Source: Escherichia phage phiWec188
Strand: one strand, 5' to 3'
Sequence record: LC739537.1
Length of the DNA stretch: 64,000 bases
In this document: one piece after another, positions 26,215-35,737 of the stretch
Layout of the letters: every line of letters starts with the position of its first letter
Position numbering within the stretch: the first letter of the stretch is position 1
Notes under the pieces: generated by a model
What the model saw: the letters and a program-made list of their open reading frames with translations, nothing else
What the model was told of the DNA's origin: nothing
The model's database searches: none
Translations under genes and position numbers: made by a program

Positions 26215-28260
26215 TTATCGTGTTACAACAACCATGTCCACGATATCGCCCACACCACAATACGTTAACTGAAGGATTGTTACAGCAGATGCTGCTGTGC
26301 CTACTTCCGTATCGTTAAGTGCTCCATAAGACGCATCCAGCGTCACGGTGTGTCCCGTTGTGTCTTGCAAAAGGTAAATCATTGCAGAGAAAGCTTTCGG
26401 TTTTGTGGTTCCTGTTACTCCAGGCCATGCTCCGATCGTCAATGCGTCTGTAACGTTCACCACGTACATGTTGGTGGCCCCAGAAGGAGTCCAAGCCGTT
26501 CCTGAACTTGCTACATTAGTTGTTTCCAACTCGATGTAACCTGCGCTGACTTTCGTTGGTGCAATCTCTTGGGTAGGATCGCTGCCACTGATTTCGATCC
26601 AATCTCCATCAGAACGTCCATAGGTTAAACCATCTTCAGGAGCTTCAGGAATGCTTGGAAGTGTACCAACTTGCGTCCAAACAGTAGCAGCGGTTTTCTT
26701 AAAGACCGCCCCTGTTGCAGTGTTGAAAGCGTAGTCGTCAATAACACCTTCGGCATTGGTTGGGTTGGTTGCAGCTACAAACCATTGCGCCCCGTCCTTA
26801 CCATCTGTTCCATCAACCCCTGGTGTACCGTTAGTTCCATCTGTTCCGTCAGTACCTGCTGGACCTGGATCACCCTTATCTCCTTTGTCACCTTTATCGC
26901 CTTTTATACTACCCATATCAACAAAAGAGGCGGTGTTCGTATCTTTGTCGTAAGTGTAAATATAAAGGTTACTGGTATCTTCTGTCAGATAAGCGTCACC
27001 ATAGTTGTTGTAGGTTGGTAGTGCAGAACCGCTTGGTACGTGACCTTTAGCAGTAATGGATGTTCCACCAAGACTACCCACGTTCATCCAGTCTGTAGCA
27101 CCTTCTACCCAAACATAAAGGTTGTTGTCGATAATATATGCATCACCAACTTCACCTGTTTCTGGGAGTTGAGATTCATCAGACAGAACGTCTAAGATTT
27201 CCAAGCCAGAGCCTGTTGCACCTACTGGGCCTTGTGGACCTACTTCGCCTTGATTTCCTTGTTCACCTTGAATCCCTTGATCGCCTTTCTCGCCTTTGAT
27301 TGCTGCGATAAAATCTACTTCCGTCCCTGTATTACCGATATCTAACCAAGATTGGTAAGCAGACTTCCCTTCGTCCCCGTCTGTCCCATCCAGCCCGTCA
27401 GTACCTGCTTCACCCTGCGGACCTTGTGGCCCAACAATGTTACCCATGTTAACCCAATCTTCACCGTTGGAAACATAAAGATATCCGGCGATAGAATAAG
27501 CTTGGCTTACGTTATTTGGGTTGGCTGCGGGTAAGTTGGCAGTAGATTCCAGATCTCCACGATAATCAAAACCATTGGCATTAAGACCTGCTGCCCCTTG
27601 TGGACCTTGAGGACCAACGTCTCCTCGATCTCCTTTCAGAGATGCCAGGTAGTCGTAAATTGTACCAGTATTACCTACTGACAACCATACCTGGTACGCT
27701 GACTTTCCTTCTGGACCCAGAGAAGAAATCATTTTCCAAGTTGCGCCGTCCCAAGCGTAAATTGCGTCTCCGACAATCCAACCATCTCCTAAAGCATTAC
27801 CTGTTGTAGGTAATTGGTTGATGTTGTTCAAAGATCCTTTGATATTCAATTGTGCGCCAGTGTCACCTTTAAGAGACGCTAACCACTGTTGTTCTGTTCC
27901 TACGAAACCATTATCCAGAGCAATCTGGTAGGCTGATTTCCCAGCTTCAGGGATTTGAGAAGAGATGTTATTGATCTCTTGCTGCATTATTGCAAAACGG
28001 GCATTAATTACTGCGATATCATCAGCAGTACCTACGCTCTCCCATCCAGTGGAGCTAATGCCGCCTGTGCTTGCCGGAGTAGAGTTCTCAGGAACAACTT
28101 TCGGAAAAGCACCTTTCCATTTATAATAGTTACCGTCATCATCTAAAAGCAGAACTTCACGGGCATTACGTAAAGTAAATCCCGCTGCAAAGCTTCGACG
28201 TTTACGGTACGTAGCTTCGACCATATCTGCAATCGAGCTATTCGGTCTTGTTAAAAGCAT
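26215..28260 (-). CDS. collagen-like repeat tail fibre protein
   Basis: multiple Gly-X-Y tracts (GDKGDKGDKGDPGPAGTDGTDG..., GEKGDQGIQGEQGNQGEVGPQGP...). Confidence 0.6.
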   Translation of the reverse strand: MLLTRPNSSIADMVEATYRKRRSFAAGFTLRNAREVLLLDDDGNYYKWKGAFPKVVPENSTPASTGGISSTGWESVGTADDIAVINARFAIMQQEINNISSQIPEAGKSAYQIALDNGFVGTEQQWLASLKGDTGAQLNIKGSLNNINQLPTTGNALGDGWIVGDAIYAWDGATWKMISSLGPEGKSAYQVWLSVGNTGTIYDYLASLKGDRGDVGPQGPQGAAGLNANGFDYRGDLESTANLPAANPNNVSQAYSIAGYLYVSNGEDWVNMGNIVGPQGPQGEAGTDGLDGTDGDEGKSAYQSWLDIGNTGTEVDFIAAIKGEKGDQGIQGEQGNQGEVGPQGPVGATGSGLEILDVLSDESQLPETGEVGDAYIIDNNLYVWVEGATDWMNVGSLGGTSITAKGHVPSGSALPTYNNYGDAYLTEDTSNLYIYTYDKDTNTASFVDMGSIKGDKGDKGDKGDPGPAGTDGTDGTNGTPGVDGTDGKDGAQWFVAATNPTNAEGVIDDYAFNTATGAVFKKTAATVWTQVGTLPSIPEAPEDGLTYGRSDGDWIEISGSDPTQEIAPTKVSAGYIELETTNVASSGTAWTPSGATNMYVVNVTDALTIGAWPGVTGTTKPKAFSAMIYLLQDTTGHTVTLDASYGALNDTEVGTAASAVTILQLTYCGVGDIVDMVVVTR

Positions 28261-28299
28261 TTATTTACTCCTGATTAATCATTCATTTATCGTTGGGAG

Positions 28300-28324
28300 T
28301 TAAAAAGGGGGACAAGCCCCCTTT
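28300..28324 (-). terminator. intrinsic terminator (GGGGG stem, + U-run on minus strand)
   Basis: immediately after stop of 1016-aa fibre gene. Confidence 0.5.
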
Positions 28325-28327
28325 CAC

Positions 28328-31300
28328 TTATGTCGTCGGAGTATCAATCACCGGAGTAGGACGAATTACCGCAGTGTTACCAACCGCAACGTTGCTTGAG
28401 CTATTAGGAATAGTTGTGATACGTACTCCTGCTGCTGTTGCTGTTTGGATAGGATCTGCAATATCCACCTTCACTGGGTTGGTCCAAGTGTCGTTATCCT
28501 GATAAGGGGCACGAGTGATTACTGTGTCCAAATCAGATCCGCCTGGACCTGCACCTGCGATACGGATACGTGTACCTGCTGACAGTGGGTAATGATATAA
28601 CCAAGAAGCATTTGTCGCTGTACCGTTAGGTGTCAGGTTCTGCACAATCGATTTATCACCAACATTTGTCGCTCGGATACCGAAGGCTGGAATGTCTGGG
28701 ATGTACGCACCACTTGTTGTTACAAGGAAGAACGTGTTGTCTGCTTTAACGATAATATCCCCTTTATCGAATTCTTTCCCTGTTGGGAAGTGCATCCCGT
28801 CAATGTTACGACCTGGGATTGCTTCGATGTAGTAAGATTTACCAGTAGAGCCTACCAGAGCACCAATACCACCTGCGATGTTCGTATACATGTTAGCTTC
28901 AACGTTACAGTTGATACGATGAATATCCGAGTAACGGCAACGACTCCATTGAGGACGTCCAGTTACCATTGTGTTTCCATTCGGGTAACAGTTTACGTTC
29001 ACCATCTCCAGAACTGACTTCTCTCTACGGAAGAATCCATCGTAGAAAGTACCTGGACCAGATTCAGGTTGACCCACACACTCGAAAGAGTTACAAGTGA
29101 TGTTTGCCATTGACAACCAAGAAGCGATACCAAACAATTGCAGAGCGTTACAACGGATGTTATCGAAGCTAACACGGTTCTCAAAACCTGGACCCGCTGA
29201 TACACCAGCGAACACACGACCTGTGGCAGTATGAACGTTACGTACCGAGTAGTTGAAGCAAGGGTTTGATGGACGACCCTGTGCAGGAACAACAGGTTTA
29301 CCGTCTTCACCTAAAACTGCGTTTGTACCCCATTCCAGATAAATCATACGGATTGCACTTGGCAACGTACTGTCGTCTGTAATAGGCTCACCATAAACAC
29401 CGTCGATAGTAAAGTCTTTACAACCGTACATTACAACAGCACCAGTTGCCAGACCTGTACCAACAGAAACTGTTTGGTCAGGATCGCCGTGGATGTTCTG
29501 GATAGAAATGTTACGACCAACTTCTACGTGAACAATCTGGCGGCAACGTTTCGCAAATACGTTACGGATTGTAATGTTCTTACAATACTGCGTATCTGGA
29601 ATGTCATAACCGTATGGACCTTTACCTGCTACACCGATACCGATACCCCAGTTGGAAAGAGGAATTGGTGCGTTCGTTCCGTCGATGTGAGACAAGTAGA
29701 TGTTCTCAATAACACAACCTTCATCGTAATGCTTGTTGATTACGTTCAGTTCGATTGCATCCCCTTGCATATCCATGAACGTCAAGTTACGGAAGACACC
29801 GCGACTAACTGGTTCACCAGTACCTTGTTGAAGGATACCGTAAAGTCCGTTTTTAAACGTACAGTTGTCAATCTCAAAAGTACCTGGAATTGGGTTGCCC
29901 TGGAATACCAAGCTACCAACCTGTCCGGCACGAGGTGCACCATCCCACAAGCAGTCGTAGATACGCACATCGCCACCCCAGTACATTACACGGGAGTTGC
30001 GGAAAGTTGTACCTTCCACTTTACAGTTTTGTAAACGGTAGTCACGTTGTCCACGGAAGACACCTCCAAGAAGGGTGATCCCAGTAATATCAAAAGAACT
30101 TGTAGTGAAGGTCATATCACAACCATAAGCATTCAGGATCTTGCTTTTGGTTGCTGCTGTTGCCACGAGAGCCGCTTGGAAAGCTGCTTCTGGAGTAGCG
30201 TACACTGCACTGTTTGCAAACTCGGACAGGTAAACAACATCAAACAGATCATCAAACTTACCACCGTGTGGAGTTAACAGACCTTCTGTGTTTGTCAGTA
30301 CCCAAGCATTTGGACCTACGCCGCCAGAGGAGGCAAGGGTATCACTTGCAGAGAGAGTTTTTGGCAAAGGGCCAGCCCAACGATAACGACCTGCACCCAT
30401 GCCGATAGTCTGGTGTTTGAGTGTCAGGGTAACTTCATTACCGAAGCTGGTAGGCAGATGTACATATTGCTGACGTTCAACTGCTAATGCTGCCAAGTCA
30501 ACAGTACCAGAAGAGTGGGTAAGAACACCAGTATCTGATAAGCTAACAAATGTCCCAGTTAAACCAGGTGGCAGGGTGTAAGCTATTTGGTTAGTGGCAT
30601 CATACAGGGCTTTCAGACCTACTAAAGCTTGTCCTGATTTTGCGTAAGCCACTTCATAATTCAGGAAACCATATTTACGAGCGATTGTCTGAAGAGGAAC
30701 AGCGTTCATATCTTCGGTCAATGTTTCAGTAGTTGTTTCCAGGTTAGAAATTCGGTTTTCGAGGTTAGGATCGTTTTCTGCGCTTGCTACAATCTTACCG
30801 ATGTAAGCAAACAACTGATTAGGTAATCCAGTTGCAGGATCGTGTCCAAGTGGTTCGGACAAGATGATCTGACTGTTCTCAATACGGAAGGCATCACCCA
30901 CAATCTGGATAACGCCGTTGATAGTCACAATAGCACTATCGAACACATAAGGAGGACTGATTACTTTTTCATAACCTGTTGCAGAGGTATACAGCCAAGG
31001 AATAACTTCACTTGGCAGTTGTTCAGTCTGCATTCCCCACAGCACCCAGTTATTGTCCCCGACTGGAGTCCCTTGCATTGGGATAGGGTTCACCAGTGTT
31101 GCTGCTGGAGCGTAGTAGTATCCACTCAAGATTCCGTTCTGATAGAAACGGAGTTGGTTGAATACTGTTTCATTGGTCCCTTGCGCCCAGGCAATAGGAC
31201 TTTTGAAGTAAAAGTTATCAACCAAAGCCTTACGTAAAGTCGGAATCAATCCTGATTCCGTGTCAATACTTTCTGTTGCGCTTCCGTTGATGATATCGTG

Positions 31301-31378
31301 TATCTGGTTAGAAGAGAAGATTACCAGATCTACGCCCTGTTCCAAGGACGTAGCGGGATATGTTGGGAATAGTGTCAT
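28328..31378 (-). CDS. large tail fibre/tailspike protein, probable beta-helix (depolymerase-like) central domain
   Basis: 1016 aa; Asn/Gly-rich repetitive beta-strand segments (IDNCTFKNG..., NITIRNVFAKRC...) typical of right-handed beta-helix. Confidence 0.5.
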   Translation of the reverse strand: MTLFPTYPATSLEQGVDLVIFSSNQIHDIINGSATESIDTESGLIPTLRKALVDNFYFKSPIAWAQGTNETVFNQLRFYQNGILSGYYYAPAATLVNPIPMQGTPVGDNNWVLWGMQTEQLPSEVIPWLYTSATGYEKVISPPYVFDSAIVTINGVIQIVGDAFRIENSQIILSEPLGHDPATGLPNQLFAYIGKIVASAENDPNLENRISNLETTTETLTEDMNAVPLQTIARKYGFLNYEVAYAKSGQALVGLKALYDATNQIAYTLPPGLTGTFVSLSDTGVLTHSSGTVDLAALAVERQQYVHLPTSFGNEVTLTLKHQTIGMGAGRYRWAGPLPKTLSASDTLASSGGVGPNAWVLTNTEGLLTPHGGKFDDLFDVVYLSEFANSAVYATPEAAFQAALVATAATKSKILNAYGCDMTFTTSSFDITGITLLGGVFRGQRDYRLQNCKVEGTTFRNSRVMYWGGDVRIYDCLWDGAPRAGQVGSLVFQGNPIPGTFEIDNCTFKNGLYGILQQGTGEPVSRGVFRNLTFMDMQGDAIELNVINKHYDEGCVIENIYLSHIDGTNAPIPLSNWGIGIGVAGKGPYGYDIPDTQYCKNITIRNVFAKRCRQIVHVEVGRNISIQNIHGDPDQTVSVGTGLATGAVVMYGCKDFTIDGVYGEPITDDSTLPSAIRMIYLEWGTNAVLGEDGKPVVPAQGRPSNPCFNYSVRNVHTATGRVFAGVSAGPGFENRVSFDNIRCNALQLFGIASWLSMANITCNSFECVGQPESGPGTFYDGFFRREKSVLEMVNVNCYPNGNTMVTGRPQWSRCRYSDIHRINCNVEANMYTNIAGGIGALVGSTGKSYYIEAIPGRNIDGMHFPTGKEFDKGDIIVKADNTFFLVTTSGAYIPDIPAFGIRATNVGDKSIVQNLTPNGTATNASWLYHYPLSAGTRIRIAGAGPGGSDLDTVITRAPYQDNDTWTNPVKVDIADPIQTATAAGVRITTIPNSSSNVAVGNTAVIRPTPVIDTPTT

Positions 31379-31384
31379 TTATAA

Positions 31385-31720
31385 TTAACCCTTACTCTGT
31401 GTACGTTTAGTAATATCCTCTAACATCATCTGGATCGTTGCATTCTTGAGGTCCATGATTTTTTCAATCTTCTGCTCAAGAGTAGTATTGTTCGCCAGTA
31501 ATGTAGAGTTAATCTGATTCAGCATTTGAGTAAGTTCAGCTTTCGTTGCGTAAGTGGATTCGACGAAAACAAGTTTCTTTTCCAACTCACGGGCCTTGTC
31601 TTCGACCTTCTCCAAATCAACACCAAACTTATCTATTTTTTGTTTAAACAGGAACCAGATTAAACCGATTAGAGGGATGATTGCGTCCTTAGCAAGACCC
31701 CAGACTTCTTGAAATTCCAT
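31385..31720 (-). CDS. small protein with N-terminal transmembrane helix and coiled coil
   Basis: AIIPLIGLIWFLF hydrophobic segment followed by heptad-like region. Confidence 0.4.
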   Translation of the reverse strand: MEFQEVWGLAKDAIIPLIGLIWFLFKQKIDKFGVDLEKVEDKARELEKKLVFVESTYATKAELTQMLNQINSTLLANNTTLEQKIEKIMDLKNATIQMMLEDITKRTQSKG

Positions 31721-31731
31721 ATTTGCATCCC

Positions 31732-32277
31732 TTATTTTGTTGGTAGGGTAGGCCAGTTAACCTCGTAAGGATATCCCTCTTGAAGAGGCACACGGTTCAA
31801 TTCCACAACATAAATCTGGAGTTGCTTCAGTTCCGCAAGTTCTTCAGGTGTCGCTATCTCAAGGTCTTTTGCATATTGCAAAGGAGTGATAAGGGCAACG
31901 GCTGCTTCTTGCTTATTCTTTATTTCAGCAGAAACCTTGACAATCATTTGTTCACGACTATACTCTTTATCTTTCAGTGTAAGAGTGTCCAAGTCTAAAA
32001 CCTTGTCACGGATATCTTCGAAGCTTGTAATCTCGAAATCAACTTGTGCAAGAGACATGTTTTCGGGACACAATAGAGTAGGATCTGTGTTCCAAAAAAC
32101 TATACGGTTTTGCTCATCAAATACGACTTTCATTTTATCGTTCTGTAGCAAACCATCGCGCAATTCATACCAATCAATACCCTGGTCGCAAAGTAGGAAC
32201 AAAATGTTCTCTACTTCTACGAGTTCTCTTAGGGCGGGATCTTCTGGGATATACTTCTTAAAATTAGTGTAGAGCAT
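31732..32277 (-). CDS. tail fibre assembly/chaperone-like protein
   Basis: position immediately downstream of a fibre gene; size ~180 aa. Confidence 0.4.
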   Translation of the reverse strand: MLYTNFKKYIPEDPALRELVEVENILFLLCDQGIDWYELRDGLLQNDKMKVVFDEQNRIVFWNTDPTLLCPENMSLAQVDFEITSFEDIRDKVLDLDTLTLKDKEYSREQMIVKVSAEIKNKQEAAVALITPLQYAKDLEIATPEELAELKQLQIYVVELNRVPLQEGYPYEVNWPTLPTK

Positions 32278-33339
32278 TTAGCCTCCAATATCGTACCAGT
32301 TTCCGTTCACGTTTCGCTGGAGACGTTTGAAGTAAACACCACCAATGTTATCCGCAGAACTACGACCTGTTTCCTGAACAATAATACCAGAAAGAACATA
32401 GCCGGAAGAACAAATATATGTCCAAGACACTTCGTTACCTGGTGGGTAATATACGCCTTGGCTGGTATAACGTATGTCACGAACAAAATTACCATTCGCA
32501 TAGTTATAGTTGTTACTGATCTGGTTTTGCAAGTTACTGTTCACGCTGTCAATACGTGAGTTCAAGTTATTGTTAACGTTGTTCAGGTTGTTTTGAACAG
32601 AGTTAATATTCGTTTGCAAGGTGTTCTGTAAAGAGCTTAAACGTGAGTTCAAGTAATCTAAACGAACCAGAGCATTACCGTTCCCAGTATCTTGTCCACT
32701 ATTAGATCGTGGATTATCAATCAGAACATAACCGCCATCATATAAACGCACTGCACAGGATACGTTACCACTGGTAGGGTTCCTGCGGTATATATAAAGA
32801 TGACCGCCATTATTGTACTCGGAAGAAATCTCTCCGTTAGTTTGCCCTGCAAAGTTTTTAAAGAATATTGTAGCAGGATCTGAAGTAGCTGTACCGTTTA
32901 CGTAAACATCTCCAGCATAAATAGCGCCGCCGCCGTCACGTTTAACCAATACATTAGGGGTTACTGTGGTGCTTGTTGCATCTGTGATGTTAGAGGATAA
33001 GTGGTTGTGACTGTTGTCTACAACTTGAATAGAAAGCGTTACTGCTGCATTCCCGTTCCAGGTTACTTCGCCTGTTGCATCCCCTGCCATTGTTATCTTA
33101 GTACCAACCAGGGGAAGATATGTATTTGGTAATGTTGGAAGGAATTCATCAACCAAGTAACGAATCCATAATCCGTTATTGTTGAGTATCCAGTTCATTT
33201 CTTCACATGTCATGATTTGACCATAATCCATACCCACGGTACGAATGATTTCTTTAGGTCGAATCTTGTTCATGTTTTGTGTTCCTGGGAGGGTAACTGT
33301 TTCTACAGCCCAATCAGGATAGTAAATTGGCTTCGCCAT
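32278..33339 (-). CDS. tail fibre protein (Asn-rich coiled region)
   Basis: NSRLSSLQNTLQTNINSVQNNLNNVNNNLNSRIDSVNSNLQNQI heptad-like fibre shaft. Confidence 0.5.
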   Translation of the reverse strand: MAKPIYYPDWAVETVTLPGTQNMNKIRPKEIIRTVGMDYGQIMTCEEMNWILNNNGLWIRYLVDEFLPTLPNTYLPLVGTKITMAGDATGEVTWNGNAAVTLSIQVVDNSHNHLSSNITDATSTTVTPNVLVKRDGGGAIYAGDVYVNGTATSDPATIFFKNFAGQTNGEISSEYNNGGHLYIYRRNPTSGNVSCAVRLYDGGYVLIDNPRSNSGQDTGNGNALVRLDYLNSRLSSLQNTLQTNINSVQNNLNNVNNNLNSRIDSVNSNLQNQISNNYNYANGNFVRDIRYTSQGVYYPPGNEVSWTYICSSGYVLSGIIVQETGRSSADNIGGVYFKRLQRNVNGNWYDIGG

Positions 33340-33348
33340 TGGAACTCC

Positions 33349-33978
33349 TTAATAGATTTGTTTCAGAAGCATACACATGCGTCCAGTTTCATCCCCTGTA
33401 GATTCCAAGTACAAGGAACCCAAACCACCAATACCGTGAGGATCTTTGGTAGCGTAATAAGAGGTGAATCCAAAAGCTGATCCGGCTTTAGCTCCCAGTC
33501 GGTAGTTGCTTATAATTGGGAACACACTTAAAAGTTGCTCAAGAGCTTGATCAGACTGAAGACACAAGTTATAAAAGAACACATCAAAGGATTTATTCAA
33601 CCCAACATATGTGTTAATTGTATCTCGTTTTGTACCTGTGAAACGGGCGAAGATATCAATAATGTCCCCACGAGTCCCCGAAGAGGCAACACGATAAGCC
33701 CTGATTTTTAAAATTGTGCGGTACTCTTCATCATCAGAACCATTTCGTTCAATACCCATCTCTTCACCAAGGAGATCAAGATAATCCCCTGTGGCTGTAG
33801 ATATTAAACGGTGTTTAGCAAGATAGATCATTGCCTGATCTATCTTTTGCTTTTCACTTGATACGATGTAGAGGAGCTTGACAATGTTAGGGGAAGATTT
33901 AAAATCTTCAATCAACAGATCTTTAACGTCTTCATTGATATTCTCCCAAGTCGTTACATGGTCAACACTCACTGCCAT
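33349..33978 (-). CDS. baseplate/tail structural protein (putative)
   Basis: position within baseplate block. Confidence 0.35.
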   Translation of the reverse strand: MAVSVDHVTTWENINEDVKDLLIEDFKSSPNIVKLLYIVSSEKQKIDQAMIYLAKHRLISTATGDYLDLLGEEMGIERNGSDDEEYRTILKIRAYRVASSGTRGDIIDIFARFTGTKRDTINTYVGLNKSFDVFFYNLCLQSDQALEQLLSVFPIISNYRLGAKAGSAFGFTSYYATKDPHGIGGLGSLYLESTGDETGRMCMLLKQIY

Positions 33979-33980
33979 TT

Positions 33981-35468
33981 TTAGACTCCATACTCGTAGG
34001 AAATGTTATCAAGGTCGAAAGACGGGACAATATTGTAGGCAGGAACAATGTTTCCTTCTGTATATTTACTGTCGTCTTCATTATTAAGTTTAACATAAAC
34101 ACGGAGAGAAGTCAAGCGCCCAAAAGCAAGTGCTGCATAAATAACGCCTTTAATCTGGTCGTTAGTTACAGAAGAACCCAATTCGAAGTAGGCTTGCAGG
34201 TTATCCAGTGCTTCAACAATGTTTTCTTTCTCTGTCCCGCTTAACGTTGTACCATTGATTGTCTGGTATACAAGTTTCAAGGAGTACGTTGCAGTAGCAC
34301 CAGGAGAGAAGCGGATAATCTCTTGTCCACCATCTTCCGTCATGACAGTAATGTTAGTTGTGCCATAAGTCAAGGTATTGATTGGTTTAGTGTCGTAAAT
34401 TACTTTAGCAACTTCTTCGGCACTCCCACCGTACACGATTGTCTGGAAACTCATTGCAGGTGCATGTTCCTGATCGTGGATTGTTGGGTTGTCGTAAATC
34501 TTAACCTTGGTTACGCCGTCAGTCTGCAACAAAGCTTTAATGATAGCTGCGCGTGTACCTGCGTTTGCTTCATCAAGGTTATCGTTGAAACGTGAGCGGA
34601 ACTCTGCATCTGTCTCTACATCTCGTCCTGAAGAGAAAGCATAAAAGTTACCAGAATCAAGGTAGCCTGTGAAGGTTGAAGAGATCCCAGAAATGGATTC
34701 CACACCTACCGGATTGTACCCTGCTTCTGATCCTACCACCGGAACTTCACTCCACTTCGTCCCGACAGGAACAGAAGCATAGAATTTTATTGGTGTTACC
34801 AAACCAACAGGTTCTACATCTCCCGCTGCTGCGAAGCCAACGTAAACGTTACTTGCGTCTGTATGGATTAAATCACGATCCGTAGTGGAGAGGTTGTCTC
34901 GAATAAAGTTTGCAAGATCTGTAATGAATGTCGAAGAAGCTGGAGAGAGTACACGACTATTCAAACCACCATCATTTGCACTTTGTGCGTAGAAAGTTAT
35001 GTTAGCCACTCCTGTAGCTGTTGCATTCGCACGCGAGATTTGATATGCTGCTATCTTAGCATTCAACATGGTAGGTGCGCTGACATAATAGTTCATGTCG
35101 TTGTCTGCATTAAAATACGTATCCGTGCCAAGTTCAAAAGTCCAAGGGGCTTTGTTGTTGCTTTTCACATAAGCAAAACCTGAACCAGGTGCAGCGGCAG
35201 AACGATAGAAACCACGTTTGGAGAAGATTTCATCAAGGTAAATACCTTCAGCACCATCCAGTGTCTGGGTATTATAAACTCCTTGCATTCCTTCCCATAA
35301 TGTGTAGTCGGTATAAGCAATAATACGGAACAACTGTCCGAAGACAGTATCCTCCGAAGTCGCTGCATCGGCACCAAAAGTGTTCTTAAGTGCAGTCATA
35401 TAGTTGTTAAGTACATCATCGAATGTCGGGATTACAAATCCCGCATCGGTTAAGCCATATTCATCCAT
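33981..35468 (-). CDS. baseplate wedge protein (gpJ-like, putative)
   Basis: size and position in baseplate block. Confidence 0.35.
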   Translation of the reverse strand: MDEYGLTDAGFVIPTFDDVLNNYMTALKNTFGADAATSEDTVFGQLFRIIAYTDYTLWEGMQGVYNTQTLDGAEGIYLDEIFSKRGFYRSAAAPGSGFAYVKSNNKAPWTFELGTDTYFNADNDMNYYVSAPTMLNAKIAAYQISRANATATGVANITFYAQSANDGGLNSRVLSPASSTFITDLANFIRDNLSTTDRDLIHTDASNVYVGFAAAGDVEPVGLVTPIKFYASVPVGTKWSEVPVVGSEAGYNPVGVESISGISSTFTGYLDSGNFYAFSSGRDVETDAEFRSRFNDNLDEANAGTRAAIIKALLQTDGVTKVKIYDNPTIHDQEHAPAMSFQTIVYGGSAEEVAKVIYDTKPINTLTYGTTNITVMTEDGGQEIIRFSPGATATYSLKLVYQTINGTTLSGTEKENIVEALDNLQAYFELGSSVTNDQIKGVIYAALAFGRLTSLRVYVKLNNEDDSKYTEGNIVPAYNIVPSFDLDNISYEYGV

Positions 35469-35737
35469 TACTCATCCTCTTTGTTGTGTTCAGGGGTGGA
35501 AGACCTACCCCAGCGCAGGTCTATTAGATTTTTCATTAGTCGTGAGGGAGTGACCATAAAAACAAAAGCCCAGCCCATCCATTCAGGAATTTCTTTTTCT
35601 ATTCCTAAAAAGATGAACATACCTGTCATTGTCATCATACCTACGGCGTTCCATACTTTAGTGGAACTTACCCCGTTTCCAGGGTAAGTACAAAACATTC
35701 CGCGAACAAACTTCTTAAACCCATTCTCTTTAGGCAT
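35468..35737 (-). CDS. small two-TMD membrane protein (holin-like topology)
   Basis: two hydrophobic helices and charged C-terminus; embedded in tail gene block. Confidence 0.35.
   Translation of the reverse strand: MPKENGFKKFVRGMFCTYPGNGVSSTKVWNAVGMMTMTGMFIFLGIEKEIPEWMGWAFVFMVTPSRLMKNLIDLRWGRSSTPEHNKEDE

Noticed and set aside
23501-26260. Long 919-aa form of the LRR tail fibre ORF
   Set aside because: The first 29 codons overlap the upstream terminator hairpin and lack an RBS; ATG 26173 is preceded by GGAGG.
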